Source: Oceanispirochaeta sp.
Lineage (GTDB): Bacteria > Spirochaetota > Spirochaetia > DSM-2461
NCBI GenBank assembly: GCA_963663385.2
Contig: CAXXXD010000004.1
Span: 992,001 to 1,056,000, forward strand
Direction of reading: 5' to 3'
DNA length: 64,000 nucleotides
A model generated the notes under the pieces. The model made no database searches. It was not told the DNA's origin and saw only the letters and a program-made list of their open reading frames with translations. Within the stretch, counting starts at the first letter, position 1; each line of letters opens with the position of its first letter. Positions 21,149-29,946 of this stretch are shown here, piece after piece. Position numbers and translations under genes: made by a program.

Positions 21149-21796
21149 ATGAAAGAAATAAATATACCAAAACTGTATAAACAATACTTTGTGGATAAAA
21201 ATGAGGAAAGAAAAGTTTTATTCGAGAAATTGAAGGATACGTACAAACCACAGAAAGGTATTTACCCAGGAAGTTTCGTGCATATCTCTCCTTCTTTTTA
21301 TATTCAAGAAATGCTTTATATCGATTCTGATAAGAGAATTACAAAATTTTTTGAAGATGAAAAAGTCTTAAAATATATAAACCTTAATAAAACTTATGAA
21401 GAAAAACCTAAAATTAAATCATTGCAAGCGGACTTTTCAATTAATTTACCAATTGATGAGAATTATTTCGATATTATGTTTTCCTTTTTTGCAGGTTTTA
21501 TATCACAATCCTGCAAAAAATATTTGAAAAATAATGGTATACTGGTGTGTAATAACAGTCATGGTGATGCGAGCATCGCTTATACTGACAAAGAATATGA
21601 ATTAGTTGCTGTAATAAAAAGAAATGGAAACAATTTCAGCATAAATGATAAAGATTTGGATGAGTATTTCATAAAAAAAGATGGAACCTCCATTGATACA
21701 GATAAAGTTCTAAGTAAGATGATAGGAGAAAATTTTACAAAAAAAGGGTATGCTTATGTGTTTAAATTTAACCGATACCCAAAAAACAACACATAA
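21149..21796 (+). CDS. Cassette 1: putative SAM-dependent methyltransferase-like protein
   Basis: GGAG RBS before ATG 21149; IYPGSFVH, FDIMFS, YLKNNGILV; stop codon inside R''. Confidence 0.6.
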   Translation: MKEINIPKLYKQYFVDKNEERKVLFEKLKDTYKPQKGIYPGSFVHISPSFYIQEMLYIDSDKRITKFFEDEKVLKYINLNKTYEEKPKIKSLQADFSINLPIDENYFDIMFSFFAGFISQSCKKYLKNNGILVCNNSHGDASIAYTDKEYELVAVIKRNGNNFSINDKDLDEYFIKKDGTSIDTDKVLSKMIGENFTKKGYAYVFKFNRYPKNNT

Positions 21797-21870
21797 CAGC
21801 TAATATGCGGTTCCGCTTTGCTTCACTCAAATCGCCTGCGGCGACTTCGCATATTCGCGGAACGTTATAG
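21791..21870 (+). repeat. attC site 1 (intact, 80 bp)
   Basis: ACATAAC-AGCT-AATATGCG ... CGCATATT-CGCGGAAC-GTTATAG. Confidence 0.88.
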
Positions 21871-21966
21871 GCAATAAGCGCCGGCAGAAATTGTTTCTTT
21901 TGTTGGAAGAACTCGCTATCCATGGCTCGTAATAACTTTAAAGTTATAAAGGAGTGTGATAATATA

Positions 21967-22620
21967 ATGAATATGACATTATCTATTATAGGATTCTTCG
22001 GTGGCCTTTTATGTGCTATAGCCGATATGTTATTGGATATCAAAGGTAAAGATAATCTAAAATGTGGTACTAAAAAAATCATGGACAGCAACTGGGTCAA
22101 AATGCCTTCGTGGCGTTTTATCACATCCATTATAATTGTAATGTTTGCAGTTCCGATGTATAGTATGGGAGTTCTCTCGTTAGCAAATCAAATTGCGCTA
22201 AATAATAAATCCCTCGGTGATTTACTTAAACTTTCAATTTTTATTGGAGCAATGGGAGGTTTTTTTATTCATACCCTTATTTGTATTGTTCCTATTATCT
22301 ACAAGGAAATTATGAAAGAAAATAATTTTGAGCTTGCAGATCGAGTAATTACCAATGTGTATAAAGCTGTTAAAATCCCATTTGTTGTACTGTATATTAT
22401 TTTAATATTGATACCTGCAATTATTGTAATTTTTTCAATTAATACAGGATTATTATATGTCCCTAAATGGTTCGTTCTTCTGAACCCGGTAACATTTCAA
22501 ATAATAGGATGGGTTCTTCGAGCAATAAAAAAGGATTGGTTTTATGAAGTTCCTTCTATTTTTATGGCTAGTCTTGGTTTAGCTATGTATGGAATTATTG
22601 GAATAGTTAATTTGATTTAG
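21967..22620 (+). CDS. Cassette 2: multi-pass membrane protein (DUF6796-like)
   Basis: AAGGAG RBS; about 6 hydrophobic helices; CAIADMLL N-terminal motif. Confidence 0.6.
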   Translation: MNMTLSIIGFFGGLLCAIADMLLDIKGKDNLKCGTKKIMDSNWVKMPSWRFITSIIIVMFAVPMYSMGVLSLANQIALNNKSLGDLLKLSIFIGAMGGFFIHTLICIVPIIYKEIMKENNFELADRVITNVYKAVKIPFVVLYIILILIPAIIVIFSINTGLLYVPKWFVLLNPVTFQIIGWVLRAIKKDWFYEVPSIFMASLGLAMYGIIGIVNLI

Positions 22621-22683
22621 GCTTATTAACTGAATAATATACTGTGGCCGTTTGCCATCCATGGCTAACTGCTTTTAAATAAT

Positions 22684-22777
22684 CTGGCACTTACTGCAAA
22701 TATATGTGGCGCCTTCGGCATAAGCTTCGCAACATTTTTGCTACGCAAAAAAGTCATATATTTGCAAAACACTAGAC
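22684..22777 (+). repeat. attC site 2, degenerate (R'' deleted, R' mutated)
   Basis: Perfect TGCAAATATATG/CATATATTTGCA inverted repeat (22695-22706 / 22755-22766); R' reads ACTAGAC; CTATAAC is missing. Confidence 0.65.
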
Positions 22778-22969
22778 GCCATTTTTTTACTAGGGAATAC
22801 AAAATGAAAAATACCAAAATACTATTAATCATATTTACAGGCATTTCATTATACTTAGTAGCTTTTAAATTCCTTCTAATGTTTCAGGATCGTTCTGCTA
22901 CTGCAAAGTAAGCGGTAATTCTCTCCATCTTGCGTGATTTCGAAATGATTATATACTCCATGAAAAATC

Positions 22970-23266
22970 ATGGAGGAACCTAATATGACCAACTGGAATT
23001 GGCCTGAATTAATCGAAGAACAAAAACAGAGCGGGAAAACAATTTCTGAGTTCTGCGCAGATAAAGGAGTTCACTATACATCTTTCTACAAGAATCGAAA
23101 AAAATTAAAGAAAAGCAGTTTTATTGAAATCAAACAGAAAGCCCCGGTATTACAGCCACAAAACCCCACAATGATACTCAGATACAAGGATTTCTCATTG
23201 GATCTGGCATCAGGTTATAACAGGCAATCCCTGATAGATCTTCTGAAGATTCTGAGAGAGTTGTAA
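22970..23266 (+). CDS. tnpA: IS66 TnpA (HTH accessory protein)
   Basis: WPELIEEQKQSGKTISEFCADKGVHYTSFY; position in the IS. Confidence 0.88.
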   Translation: MEEPNMTNWNWPELIEEQKQSGKTISEFCADKGVHYTSFYKNRKKLKKSSFIEIKQKAPVLQPQNPTMILRYKDFSLDLASGYNRQSLIDLLKILREL

Positions 23267-23610
23267 TGTTTGTTGACCTGAACGAATACCGGATCTTTCT
23301 GAGACCCGGCACGACAGACTTAAGAAAAGCGATCAACGGATTATCTCTGTTTATCCAGAATGAAATGAATCATGATTTATTCGCCAAATCGCTATTCCTC
23401 TTTTGTAACCGGCAGAGAAAACTTCTGAAAATTGTCTACTGGGATAATACCGGTTTTTGTCTCTGGCAGAAGAGACTGGAAGAGAACAGATATCCCTGGC
23501 CGGAAACAGATGAAGATGCTAAAGAGATCAGCATGGATGAATTGAAAATGCTCCTGACGGGAATAGACTTTTTCAAAGCGCATAAAAAATTATCATATTC
23601 CCGTATTTAG
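23266..23610 (+). CDS. tnpB: IS66 TnpB accessory protein
   Basis: DLRKAINGL, LFLFCNR, KIVYWD..GFCLWQKRLE. Confidence 0.95.
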   Translation: MFVDLNEYRIFLRPGTTDLRKAINGLSLFIQNEMNHDLFAKSLFLFCNRQRKLLKIVYWDNTGFCLWQKRLEENRYPWPETDEDAKEISMDELKMLLTGIDFFKAHKKLSYSRI

Positions 23611-23649
23611 AGATTTTATAATTATAGAAACTTTGATAGAATTCCCCGT

Positions 23650-25212
23650 ATGGAGAATGAAGAACAGCATTTAAGAGAACAACTTGATGCACAAAAAATA
23701 GAAATTGCTGAACTGAAAAGACTTAATGCCATTCTCCAGGAGCAAGTAGCAAAACTGAACCTCCTGCACTTTGGAACAAAATCAGAGAAGATAACTGCCG
23801 AAGATAAGAAACAAGCTTCTCTCTTCAATGAAGCGGAAGATAGTGCTTTTGCTCAGAATGATGAAGAGCAGGAGAAAAATGTTATTGAAACGGTTGAGGT
23901 CGGTTCCTACAAGAAAAATATTAAAAAATCCGGCCGGAAACCTCTGCCGGCAGATCTGCCGAGAGAGATCGTGGAATATGATATTCCGGATAAAGATAAG
24001 ATCTGTGCCTGCGGAACAGAAAAGACCTGTATCGGTGAAGATGTTTCCGAGAGAGCAAAAATTATTCCGTCAAAAGTCGTTGTTATTCAGGAACGTAGAA
24101 AAAAGTACTCCTGCAAGAATTGTGAAGGGACGACTCTTGATGAAGCTGCTGTACAGACCGCAGAAGGAGCAAAGCATCTGGTCGCGGGCAGTATTGCCGA
24201 TGAAAGCCTGCTCGCTTGGAGTATAAGCGAAAAGTTTGAGTTCGCTCTTCCTTTCTACAGGCAATCAAAACGGTTAAACCAGATAGGCATACCGATCCCC
24301 CGGGCGACATTGAGCAATCTTACGATAAAATCGGCAACGGCATGTAAGCCTCTATATGATTTGCTGAAAGAAAACATTAAATCCGGTTCCATTATTAATG
24401 CCGATGAGACGAGAGTTCAGGTTCTAAAGGAACCGAAACGAAAAGCTTCAGATAAATCATGGATGTGGGTCTTTCTCAGAGGAGATCCCGATAAAAAATG
24501 TGTCATATTTCAGTATGAGCAAGGCCGATCCCATGCAATTCCGTTGGATTTCTTGGAAAATTACTCTGGCTGGGTTCAAACTGATGATTTTGAGGCCTAC
24601 CATACTGCCCGAAAAAAAGTTGATGGAGATATAAAGCATGTCTTATGCTGGGCCCATGCCAGAAGAAAGTTCTTCCAATATTGGGAATCAACCAAGAAAA
24701 AAGATGCAGAAGCAAAGCAAATTCTCGACCTGATAAAGGATCTGTTTGAACTGGAATCATTACGGGATAATTATTCGCTAAAAGGGTTTCATAAACAGCG
24801 ACAAAATAGAGCAGAACCGATACTAGATAAGTTACAGAAAAAACTGACGAAGCTTTATCCTCAAGTACCTCCTTCTTTAGAGTTCGGTAAGGCGATGAAG
24901 TATACATTGAGCAACTGGGAGCAGTTGGTTCTATATCTGAAAAATCCTGTTTTGACTCCTTCGAACAATAGCGCTGAAAATGCAATCAGACCCTTCGTAA
25001 TCGGGAGAAAAAACTGGCTTTTTGCCGGAAGCCCGAAAGGTGCTGAATCATCGGCAATTCTGTACAGTCTCGTTGAATCTGCGAAGATGAACAATCTTCC
25101 AGTTTATGCTTACTTGTACTTTATCTTCCGGGAATTGCCCTGCTGTGAAAAACAGAGTGATTATGAAAAATTACTTCCCTATAATTTAACTGCTGAAGAT
25201 ATTGCAATCTGA
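23650..25212 (+). CDS. tnpC: IS66 DDE transposase TnpC
   Basis: FGTKSEK, zinc-finger Cys, ADET, QTDDF, CWAHARRKF, NNSAENAIRP..IGRKNWLF. Confidence 0.96.
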   Translation: MENEEQHLREQLDAQKIEIAELKRLNAILQEQVAKLNLLHFGTKSEKITAEDKKQASLFNEAEDSAFAQNDEEQEKNVIETVEVGSYKKNIKKSGRKPLPADLPREIVEYDIPDKDKICACGTEKTCIGEDVSERAKIIPSKVVVIQERRKKYSCKNCEGTTLDEAAVQTAEGAKHLVAGSIADESLLAWSISEKFEFALPFYRQSKRLNQIGIPIPRATLSNLTIKSATACKPLYDLLKENIKSGSIINADETRVQVLKEPKRKASDKSWMWVFLRGDPDKKCVIFQYEQGRSHAIPLDFLENYSGWVQTDDFEAYHTARKKVDGDIKHVLCWAHARRKFFQYWESTKKKDAEAKQILDLIKDLFELESLRDNYSLKGFHKQRQNRAEPILDKLQKKLTKLYPQVPPSLEFGKAMKYTLSNWEQLVLYLKNPVLTPSNNSAENAIRPFVIGRKNWLFAGSPKGAESSAILYSLVESAKMNNLPVYAYLYFIFRELPCCEKQSDYEKLLPYNLTAEDIAI

Positions 25213-25518
25213 TCCATCAGTCCTAAAATGCTGTCAATGTGGGAAGAATTACCGCTTACACTGCAAATCCCCCAGCAGTTTCTGTTTCAGCCAACTTAGT
25301 TGCATCGGCCCTGATTTTCATTTTTTTCTTCCTGGCTTCTATTCTTTTTTCCTTTAGTATTTTTACTTGTATTCAAATTTTAAAATTTAATATATTTCTT
25401 TTTATTGGCTATTCAATTTTGCTTTTCTTATCTGACTTCACTCTTGTCGGTATTTCATTTATAGCATTAGTAATTATATTAATTAGAGGCCTTTTACACT
25501 CAAAGCGTAAAAAACAGC

Positions 25519-25605
25519 GTATAAAAAAATATACGTTACGCTTTGCTTCACCCAAATTGGCCGATGGCTCTGTGGTTTGCTTCGTATATTCTCGAAACGT
25601 TAGGT
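25519..25605 (+). repeat. attC site 3 (R'' eroded)
   Basis: GTATAAA..AATATACG ... CGTATATT-CTCGAAAC-GTTAGGT. Confidence 0.78.
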
Positions 25606-25662
25606 GTAATGCTTGACAGAAAAAAAAATCAAAAATAATCTTAAATGAACGGAGGATAAATA

Positions 25663-26289
25663 ATGAAAATTAAGGTTCTAATAGTTATTTTTACAGTTAT
25701 TCTTTTGGCTGGGTGTGCAAGTGGTCCAAAATCACAGGCATACGTATATAAAGATCAATATTGGGATGAGCTTATTTCGCGAAATAAGGTAGTTCAATTA
25801 CTTGATACTCGGTTTGAAGTGGCTTCTCAAGTTGGAAATACACAAAAAGGAGCTCCTTTAGAAAACATTGAAAAAGATGAAATAACTCCTATTGTTGTTG
25901 AAATTCTTAAGAAACATGATTTTGAAGTAAATGTTGTTGGTGGAATCCAATTAGTAGACTCAAATTATACTAACTTTCCACAGGAAAGAATACCCGAAGA
26001 GTCAAGAGATAAATTCTTTGTCCAGGCGTCTTCAATTTACCTTGATAGAAGTTCAACAAATTCAAATTACCAATCTATTTTTAAACTTTACTATGTAACT
26101 CCCGAAGGCGATATTATAAAATTAGGTTTTGGATTGTCAGAACAAAGAGTAGAACATTATGATTCCCTTAATGCTGATGATTTAATTCAAATAAAACAGA
26201 ATGTAAGTACTTCAGATGGTTTCGAAACAATAGTTCTTTCTGTTGTTAAATCTTCTATAGAAACGTTTTTAACCAAAAAAGAGCTCTAA
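25663..26289 (+). CDS. Cassette 4: hypothetical lipoprotein
   Basis: GGAGG RBS; lipobox LLAGC; own promoter TTGACA(25613)-17-TAATCT. Confidence 0.75.
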   Translation: MKIKVLIVIFTVILLAGCASGPKSQAYVYKDQYWDELISRNKVVQLLDTRFEVASQVGNTQKGAPLENIEKDEITPIVVEILKKHDFEVNVVGGIQLVDSNYTNFPQERIPEESRDKFFVQASSIYLDRSSTNSNYQSIFKLYYVTPEGDIIKLGFGLSEQRVEHYDSLNADDLIQIKQNVSTSDGFETIVLSVVKSSIETFLTKKEL

Positions 26290-26304
26290 ACCCCAAAGCA
26301 TTAC

Positions 26305-26420
26305 ACCTACCAGCAAATATACGCTGCGGCTTCGCCTTGGCCTTCGGCAAATAAACCCTTTGAATATATTCAAGCCCTCAAGGGGCCGGGGTTACTTCGT
26401 ATATTCTCGGAATGTTTAGG
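26305..26420 (+). repeat. attC site 4 (116 bp)
   Basis: AAGCATTACACCTACC is complementary to the cassette start GTTAGGTGTAATGCTT; AATATACG...CGTATATT; R' GTTTAGG. Confidence 0.8.
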
Positions 26421-26487
26421 CAATAAGCACTTTAATTTTTAATAAAATAGAGAAAATGCCACCCCGGCGGCTCGTATTGGAGGTAAA

Positions 26488-26892
26488 ATGAAACATTTAG
26501 GTTCGTGTCTTTGCGGAAATATCAAATATGAAATAAGAGGGAATTTTGAGAACTTTTTTTTCTGTCACTGTAAATCTTGTCGTAAAGATACTGGGTCAGT
26601 TCATGCTTCAAATCTTTTTTCAACAACTGCAACATTAAAATGGTTGAAAGGAGAGGAAAAAGTAAAAATGTATAACCACAAAAATTCAGGCCACATAAAA
26701 AGCTTCTGTCCTAACTGTGGCTCTGCATTACCTAATATTCAAATGGATAGTAAACTACTTGTTGTTCCTGCAGGAAGTCTTGATACAGATATAGAAATGG
26801 TTCCTACTGGTCACATCTATTTAAAAGAGAAAGCGAATTGGGATCACAATCTTGAGATGATTCCACACTATGAGGATTTGCCAAAAGAATAA
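26488..26892 (+). CDS. Cassette 5: GFA (CENP-V/glutathione-dependent formaldehyde-activating) family protein
   Basis: GSCLCG, CHCKSCRK, FCPNCGS. Confidence 0.92.
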   Translation: MKHLGSCLCGNIKYEIRGNFENFFFCHCKSCRKDTGSVHASNLFSTTATLKWLKGEEKVKMYNHKNSGHIKSFCPNCGSALPNIQMDSKLLVVPAGSLDTDIEMVPTGHIYLKEKANWDHNLEMIPHYEDLPKE

Positions 26893-26975
26893 AATGTGTA
26901 GAAATCTGAATTTACCGGAAATCAGGCATCGTTCGCCGCCATCTGCACACATTTCAATATATCAGAGCTTAATGC

Positions 26976-27061
26976 CTATAACAGCGTTTTATATGCGGTG
27001 CCTGCGACGTGGGCTTCGTAACAGCCTATAGCAAACGTCATATAAACGCGGAACGTTATAG
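26976..27061 (+). repeat. attC site 5 (intact, 86 bp)
   Basis: CTATAAC-AGCGTTTTATATG ... CATATAAACGC-GGAAC-GTTATAG. Confidence 0.88.
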
Positions 27062-27134
27062 GCAATAAGCGGTTAGATTTTCTATAAGCAATAAGAATCC
27101 GCCATATATGGCGGATAAAAAAAATAAAAAAGTA

Positions 27135-27165
27135 TTGCAGTTGTCCCAACGTCAAGTTCTATACT
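27135..27165 (+). promoter_or_regulatory. MerR-type promoter with a 19-bp spacer
   Basis: TTGCAG-19 bp-TATACT with a TTG..CAA dyad in the spacer, upstream of a MerR gene. Confidence 0.6.
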
Positions 27166-27210
27166 CCAAAGTGATGATCATCAATAACTGTAAAAGAATG
27201 GATATTAACT

Positions 27211-28131
27211 ATGAATGATTCTGTATCAATAAACGAGATTTCTTCTCTGTTAGGAGTAACAAGCAGAACTATAAGGTTTTGGGAATCGGAAGGTCTTTTT
27301 GAATGTAAGAGACATCCATATTCAGGTCATAGGCTTGTTGAAAACACTATGGTAAATAAAGTTAAACTTTGTTCAGAACTGCGAAATATTGGAATTTCAA
27401 TAAAAGATATTAAACGGATTTTCGAATCGCAATCACTAGCTTCTGTAACAAAAGTTATTGAAGAAAACCTTGCATCAATAGATGCCGATTCTCAAATCTT
27501 TGAGAATCGAAAAGCAATGTTAATAATGCTTTTTAATATTCTCAAAACAGAAGAAAAGATCGCTGCAGGTTCTTTCATTGATTTTCATTCTTTTCTAATC
27601 AATTTACTTCAAGAAAATAACTTGAAGAAATCACAGGAGAAGAAAATGATAAATAGTGACCTGAAAAAAGTGTATGAAATAGTAGAGCTTCCAAAAATGA
27701 GAGTGGTTTATAATATTTCAGTTAGTAAAAGTCCTGAAGATGAAGCAATAGAACCGATACTGGAATGGATAAAAGAGAAAGGGCTTCTTGGTGTATCAAG
27801 ATTGTTTGGTGGAAATGTGAAACCATTTCCCAAGGATTCAAATAGTGAATATGGCTATGGGATGTGTGCGTCAATACCGGCAGATATTGATGTTCCAGAT
27901 CATTTGAAAGAGATGGAAATCCCGGGTGGTTTATATGCACTACTCCCTAGCGATGATGATATTGCTGATTCATGGAAAAAGTTTATGAAAAGTTTTAAGA
28001 AGGATAAGAAGTATTGCTCCGATAGATCTAGATTGTGTTTTGAAGAGCATATTTATTATGGAAGGCCTGGCGATAGTGGGTACTCCTTTAAAATAAATTT
28101 ATTAGAACCAATAAAAGATGTTAATCAGTAG
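27211..28131 (+). CDS. Cassette 6: MerR family regulator with GyrI-like effector domain
   Basis: SINEISSLLGVTSRTIRFWESEGL, GISIKDIK; C-terminal YGYGMC, IPGGLYA, CFEEH. Confidence 0.88.
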   Translation: MNDSVSINEISSLLGVTSRTIRFWESEGLFECKRHPYSGHRLVENTMVNKVKLCSELRNIGISIKDIKRIFESQSLASVTKVIEENLASIDADSQIFENRKAMLIMLFNILKTEEKIAAGSFIDFHSFLINLLQENNLKKSQEKKMINSDLKKVYEIVELPKMRVVYNISVSKSPEDEAIEPILEWIKEKGLLGVSRLFGGNVKPFPKDSNSEYGYGMCASIPADIDVPDHLKEMEIPGGLYALLPSDDDIADSWKKFMKSFKKDKKYCSDRSRLCFEEHIYYGRPGDSGYSFKINLLEPIKDVNQ

Positions 28132-28203
28132 ATAATATCTTTAGCAGAGAGGCCGTTCGCCATCCTTGGCTCACTACTTGTTATTCAACGCAGCGCTTAC
28201 TAC

Positions 28204-28293
28204 CTATAACAGAGTTTACAAGGTTGGGCCTACGGCCTCTCCCAAATTGTCTTGCTGAGCAAGACAACTTTCTGTAAAATCAAAACGTTAAGT
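28204..28293 (+). repeat. attC site 6 (90 bp)
   Basis: CTATAAC-AGAG-TTTACA ... TTGTCTTGCT/AGCAAGACAA hairpin ... TGTAAA-ATCAAAAC-GTTAAGT. Confidence 0.82.
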
Positions 28294-28306
28294 GAAATCT
28301 CGTTTT

Positions 28307-28335
28307 TTGACTGGAGACAGGATTTTTGATAAAAT
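28307..28335 (+). promoter_or_regulatory. Cassette-internal sigma70 promoter for the MBL gene
   Basis: TTGACT-17 bp-TAAAAT with an extended -10 TGn. Confidence 0.65.
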
Positions 28336-28378
28336 GATATCAATGAGGTTTGCATGATAATTTTCAAAGGGAAATAAC

Positions 28379-29227
28379 ATGAAAAAAGCAGTAAAATATT
28401 TCACTATTTGTATGGTATTAGTATTTACCATTTCAAGTTGCTCCAGAAAAGATGAAAAACTGTCTGTATTTCAATTAACCGGGGAATTAAGAATTACTGA
28501 GATTGAAAGCAATATATTTTTAGTTACGCACAGCTTTCCCTGGCCGGGTAATTCTTTGATGATTGTTATGGATAAAAAGAATATTCTCTGGATCGATACA
28601 CCATATACACCGGAGGCCACTGCTTTAGTATTGAACTGGATTGAAGAAAAGTATGGAAAAGGGTATTCAATTACAGAAATCAATACAGGGTTTCATATTG
28701 ACAATTTGGGTGGCAATCAAGAATTAGTAAAAAGAAATATACCAATATATGGCTCTAATTTGACGTGCGAGCTTCTTGGAACAAGAAGCAAAAACACGAT
28801 GCTGAATATGATGAATTGGCTAAAAGGGGAAAAATACGAAGATTACAGAAACGTGTATTCTGATTTTACATTTTACAGCCCTACTATTACTTTTAACATT
28901 CATGATGAACAAACAATTGTTTTTGGATCAAATGAAGTGATTATATATTATCCTGGACCAACACATACGTATGACAATCTGGTTGTCTATATACCAAGTC
29001 AAAAAATTCTTTTTGGAGGATGTATGATACTGTCCACCGATGCCGATAAAGTTGGTTATATTGAAGATGGGAACTTGGAAGAATGGGCAAATTCACTCAC
29101 AAAATTAGAAAATCGTTTTGATAATATAAGAGTCATTGTTCCTGGTCATGGAAATCCAGGAGACTCTACGCTAATAGCTCATACAAAAGACATCGTTAAT
29201 GCTTCTGGAGAAACGACAGAAGAATGA
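28379..29227 (+). CDS. Cassette 7: subclass B1 metallo-beta-lactamase, SPS-1/SPM-1-like, lipoprotein
   Basis: IDTPYTPEAT, INTGFHIDNLGGN, YPGPTHTYDNLVVY, LFGGCMI, GNLEEW, VPGHG; lipobox ISSC. Confidence 0.88.
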   Translation: MKKAVKYFTICMVLVFTISSCSRKDEKLSVFQLTGELRITEIESNIFLVTHSFPWPGNSLMIVMDKKNILWIDTPYTPEATALVLNWIEEKYGKGYSITEINTGFHIDNLGGNQELVKRNIPIYGSNLTCELLGTRSKNTMLNMMNWLKGEKYEDYRNVYSDFTFYSPTITFNIHDEQTIVFGSNEVIIYYPGPTHTYDNLVVYIPSQKILFGGCMILSTDADKVGYIEDGNLEEWANSLTKLENRFDNIRVIVPGHGNPGDSTLIAHTKDIVNASGETTEE

Positions 29228-29238
29228 AAAATTATTTC

Positions 29239-29275
29239 GCCTAACAGCGAATATGCGGTTACGCCTCCGGTTCCA
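29239..29275 (+). repeat. attC site 7, left half only
   Basis: ATTTCGCCTAAC-AGCG-AATATGCG pairs with the cassette start GTTAAGTGAAAT; the right half is replaced by coding debris. Confidence 0.72.
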
Positions 29276-29281
29276 TACTGT

Positions 29282-29445
29282 GATAGAGAAGAACTAGTTA
29301 AAATATTGAGTGATACAGAATCAATGAAATTTTATCCGGCACCGTTTAGCCATAAGAAAGTAGAGAACTGGATAAAATGGAATGAAATTTGTGAAATATT
29401 CTGAGAAAGAAGTTATGGGAGAAGCGGTTCGGGAAATACTCTAAT
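29282..29445 (+). pseudogene. Internally deleted RimJ/RimL-type GNAT cassette remnant
   Basis: DREELVKILSDTESMKFYPAPFSHKKVENWIKWN fused out of frame to FVKYSEKEVMGEAVREIL; R'-like GTTATAT at 29463. Confidence 0.55.
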
Positions 29446-29512
29446 GTATACACCGATGAAATGTTATATATCAGCAGAACATTCCGTCTGATTATCTTTG
29501 TAGAGATGTTAA

Positions 29513-29806
29513 ATGGAAAATATTGAAACATATAAAGCAACAGATGGTGAGAACATATTAGGATTTATCTCCTTACAGGATGAGTATCTTGCTGCCATTT
29601 TCGTGAGATCTGAATTCCAGGGGAGAGGGATTGGATCTTTATTATTAAACCATGCAATGGATCTCCGTAATAATCTGCAGTTAGAAATGTTCTGTAAAAA
29701 CCAAAAGAGTGTAGAATTTTATAAAACAAAAGGATTTTCTATAATTTCCGAATCAATAGATAATGAGACAGGAGAAAATGAGTTTGTCATGGGGTGGCAG
29801 AAATAA
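29513..29806 (+). pseudogene. N-terminally truncated YiaC/YjaB-like acetyltransferase
   Basis: LGFISL..YLAAIFVRSEFQGRGIGSLLL, N..SVEFY..KGF; N-terminal part of the fold is missing. Confidence 0.7.
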
Positions 29807-29812
29807 AACCGG

Positions 29813-29877
29813 GCATAGCTCGAATATGCGATATCGATTCACCACAGTCAACTTCGAATATTTGTGGGATGTTATAT
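29813..29877 (+). repeat. Degenerate attC site
   Basis: GCATAGC-TCGAATATGCG ... TTCGAATATT ... GTTATAT. Confidence 0.62.
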
Positions 29878-29946
29878 CAAAATTCAAGTATAATTGTGTT
29901 AATTATACCGGAACAAACCGTGGTGCGGTAGTAGAAAGAAGAGTAA

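Larger units (their letters stand above)
22908..25259 (+). mobile_element. Complete IS66 family insertion sequence (2352 bp)
   Basis: Terminal IR GTAAGCGGTAATTCT at both ends; 8-bp TSD ACTGCAAA at 22900-22907 and 25260-25267; tnpA-tnpB-tnpC. Confidence 0.96.
22804..25616 (+). pseudogene. Cassette 3 membrane protein gene interrupted by IS66
   Basis: 22804-22907 (MKNTKILLII...DRSATA) joins in frame to 25268-25616 (NPPAVSVSANL...) once the IS and one TSD copy are removed. Confidence 0.8.

Noticed and set aside
22693..22700. Third ACTGCAAA copy, identical to the IS66 TSD, at the attC2 deletion junction
   Set aside because: An 8-mer match is plausible by chance in AT-rich DNA and no IS end is adjacent; TGC/AGC microhomology explains the deletion.
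23266..23610. TnpB as an RNA-guided nuclease
   Set aside because: This is the 114-aa IS66 accessory TnpB, unrelated to IS200/IS605 RuvC TnpB.
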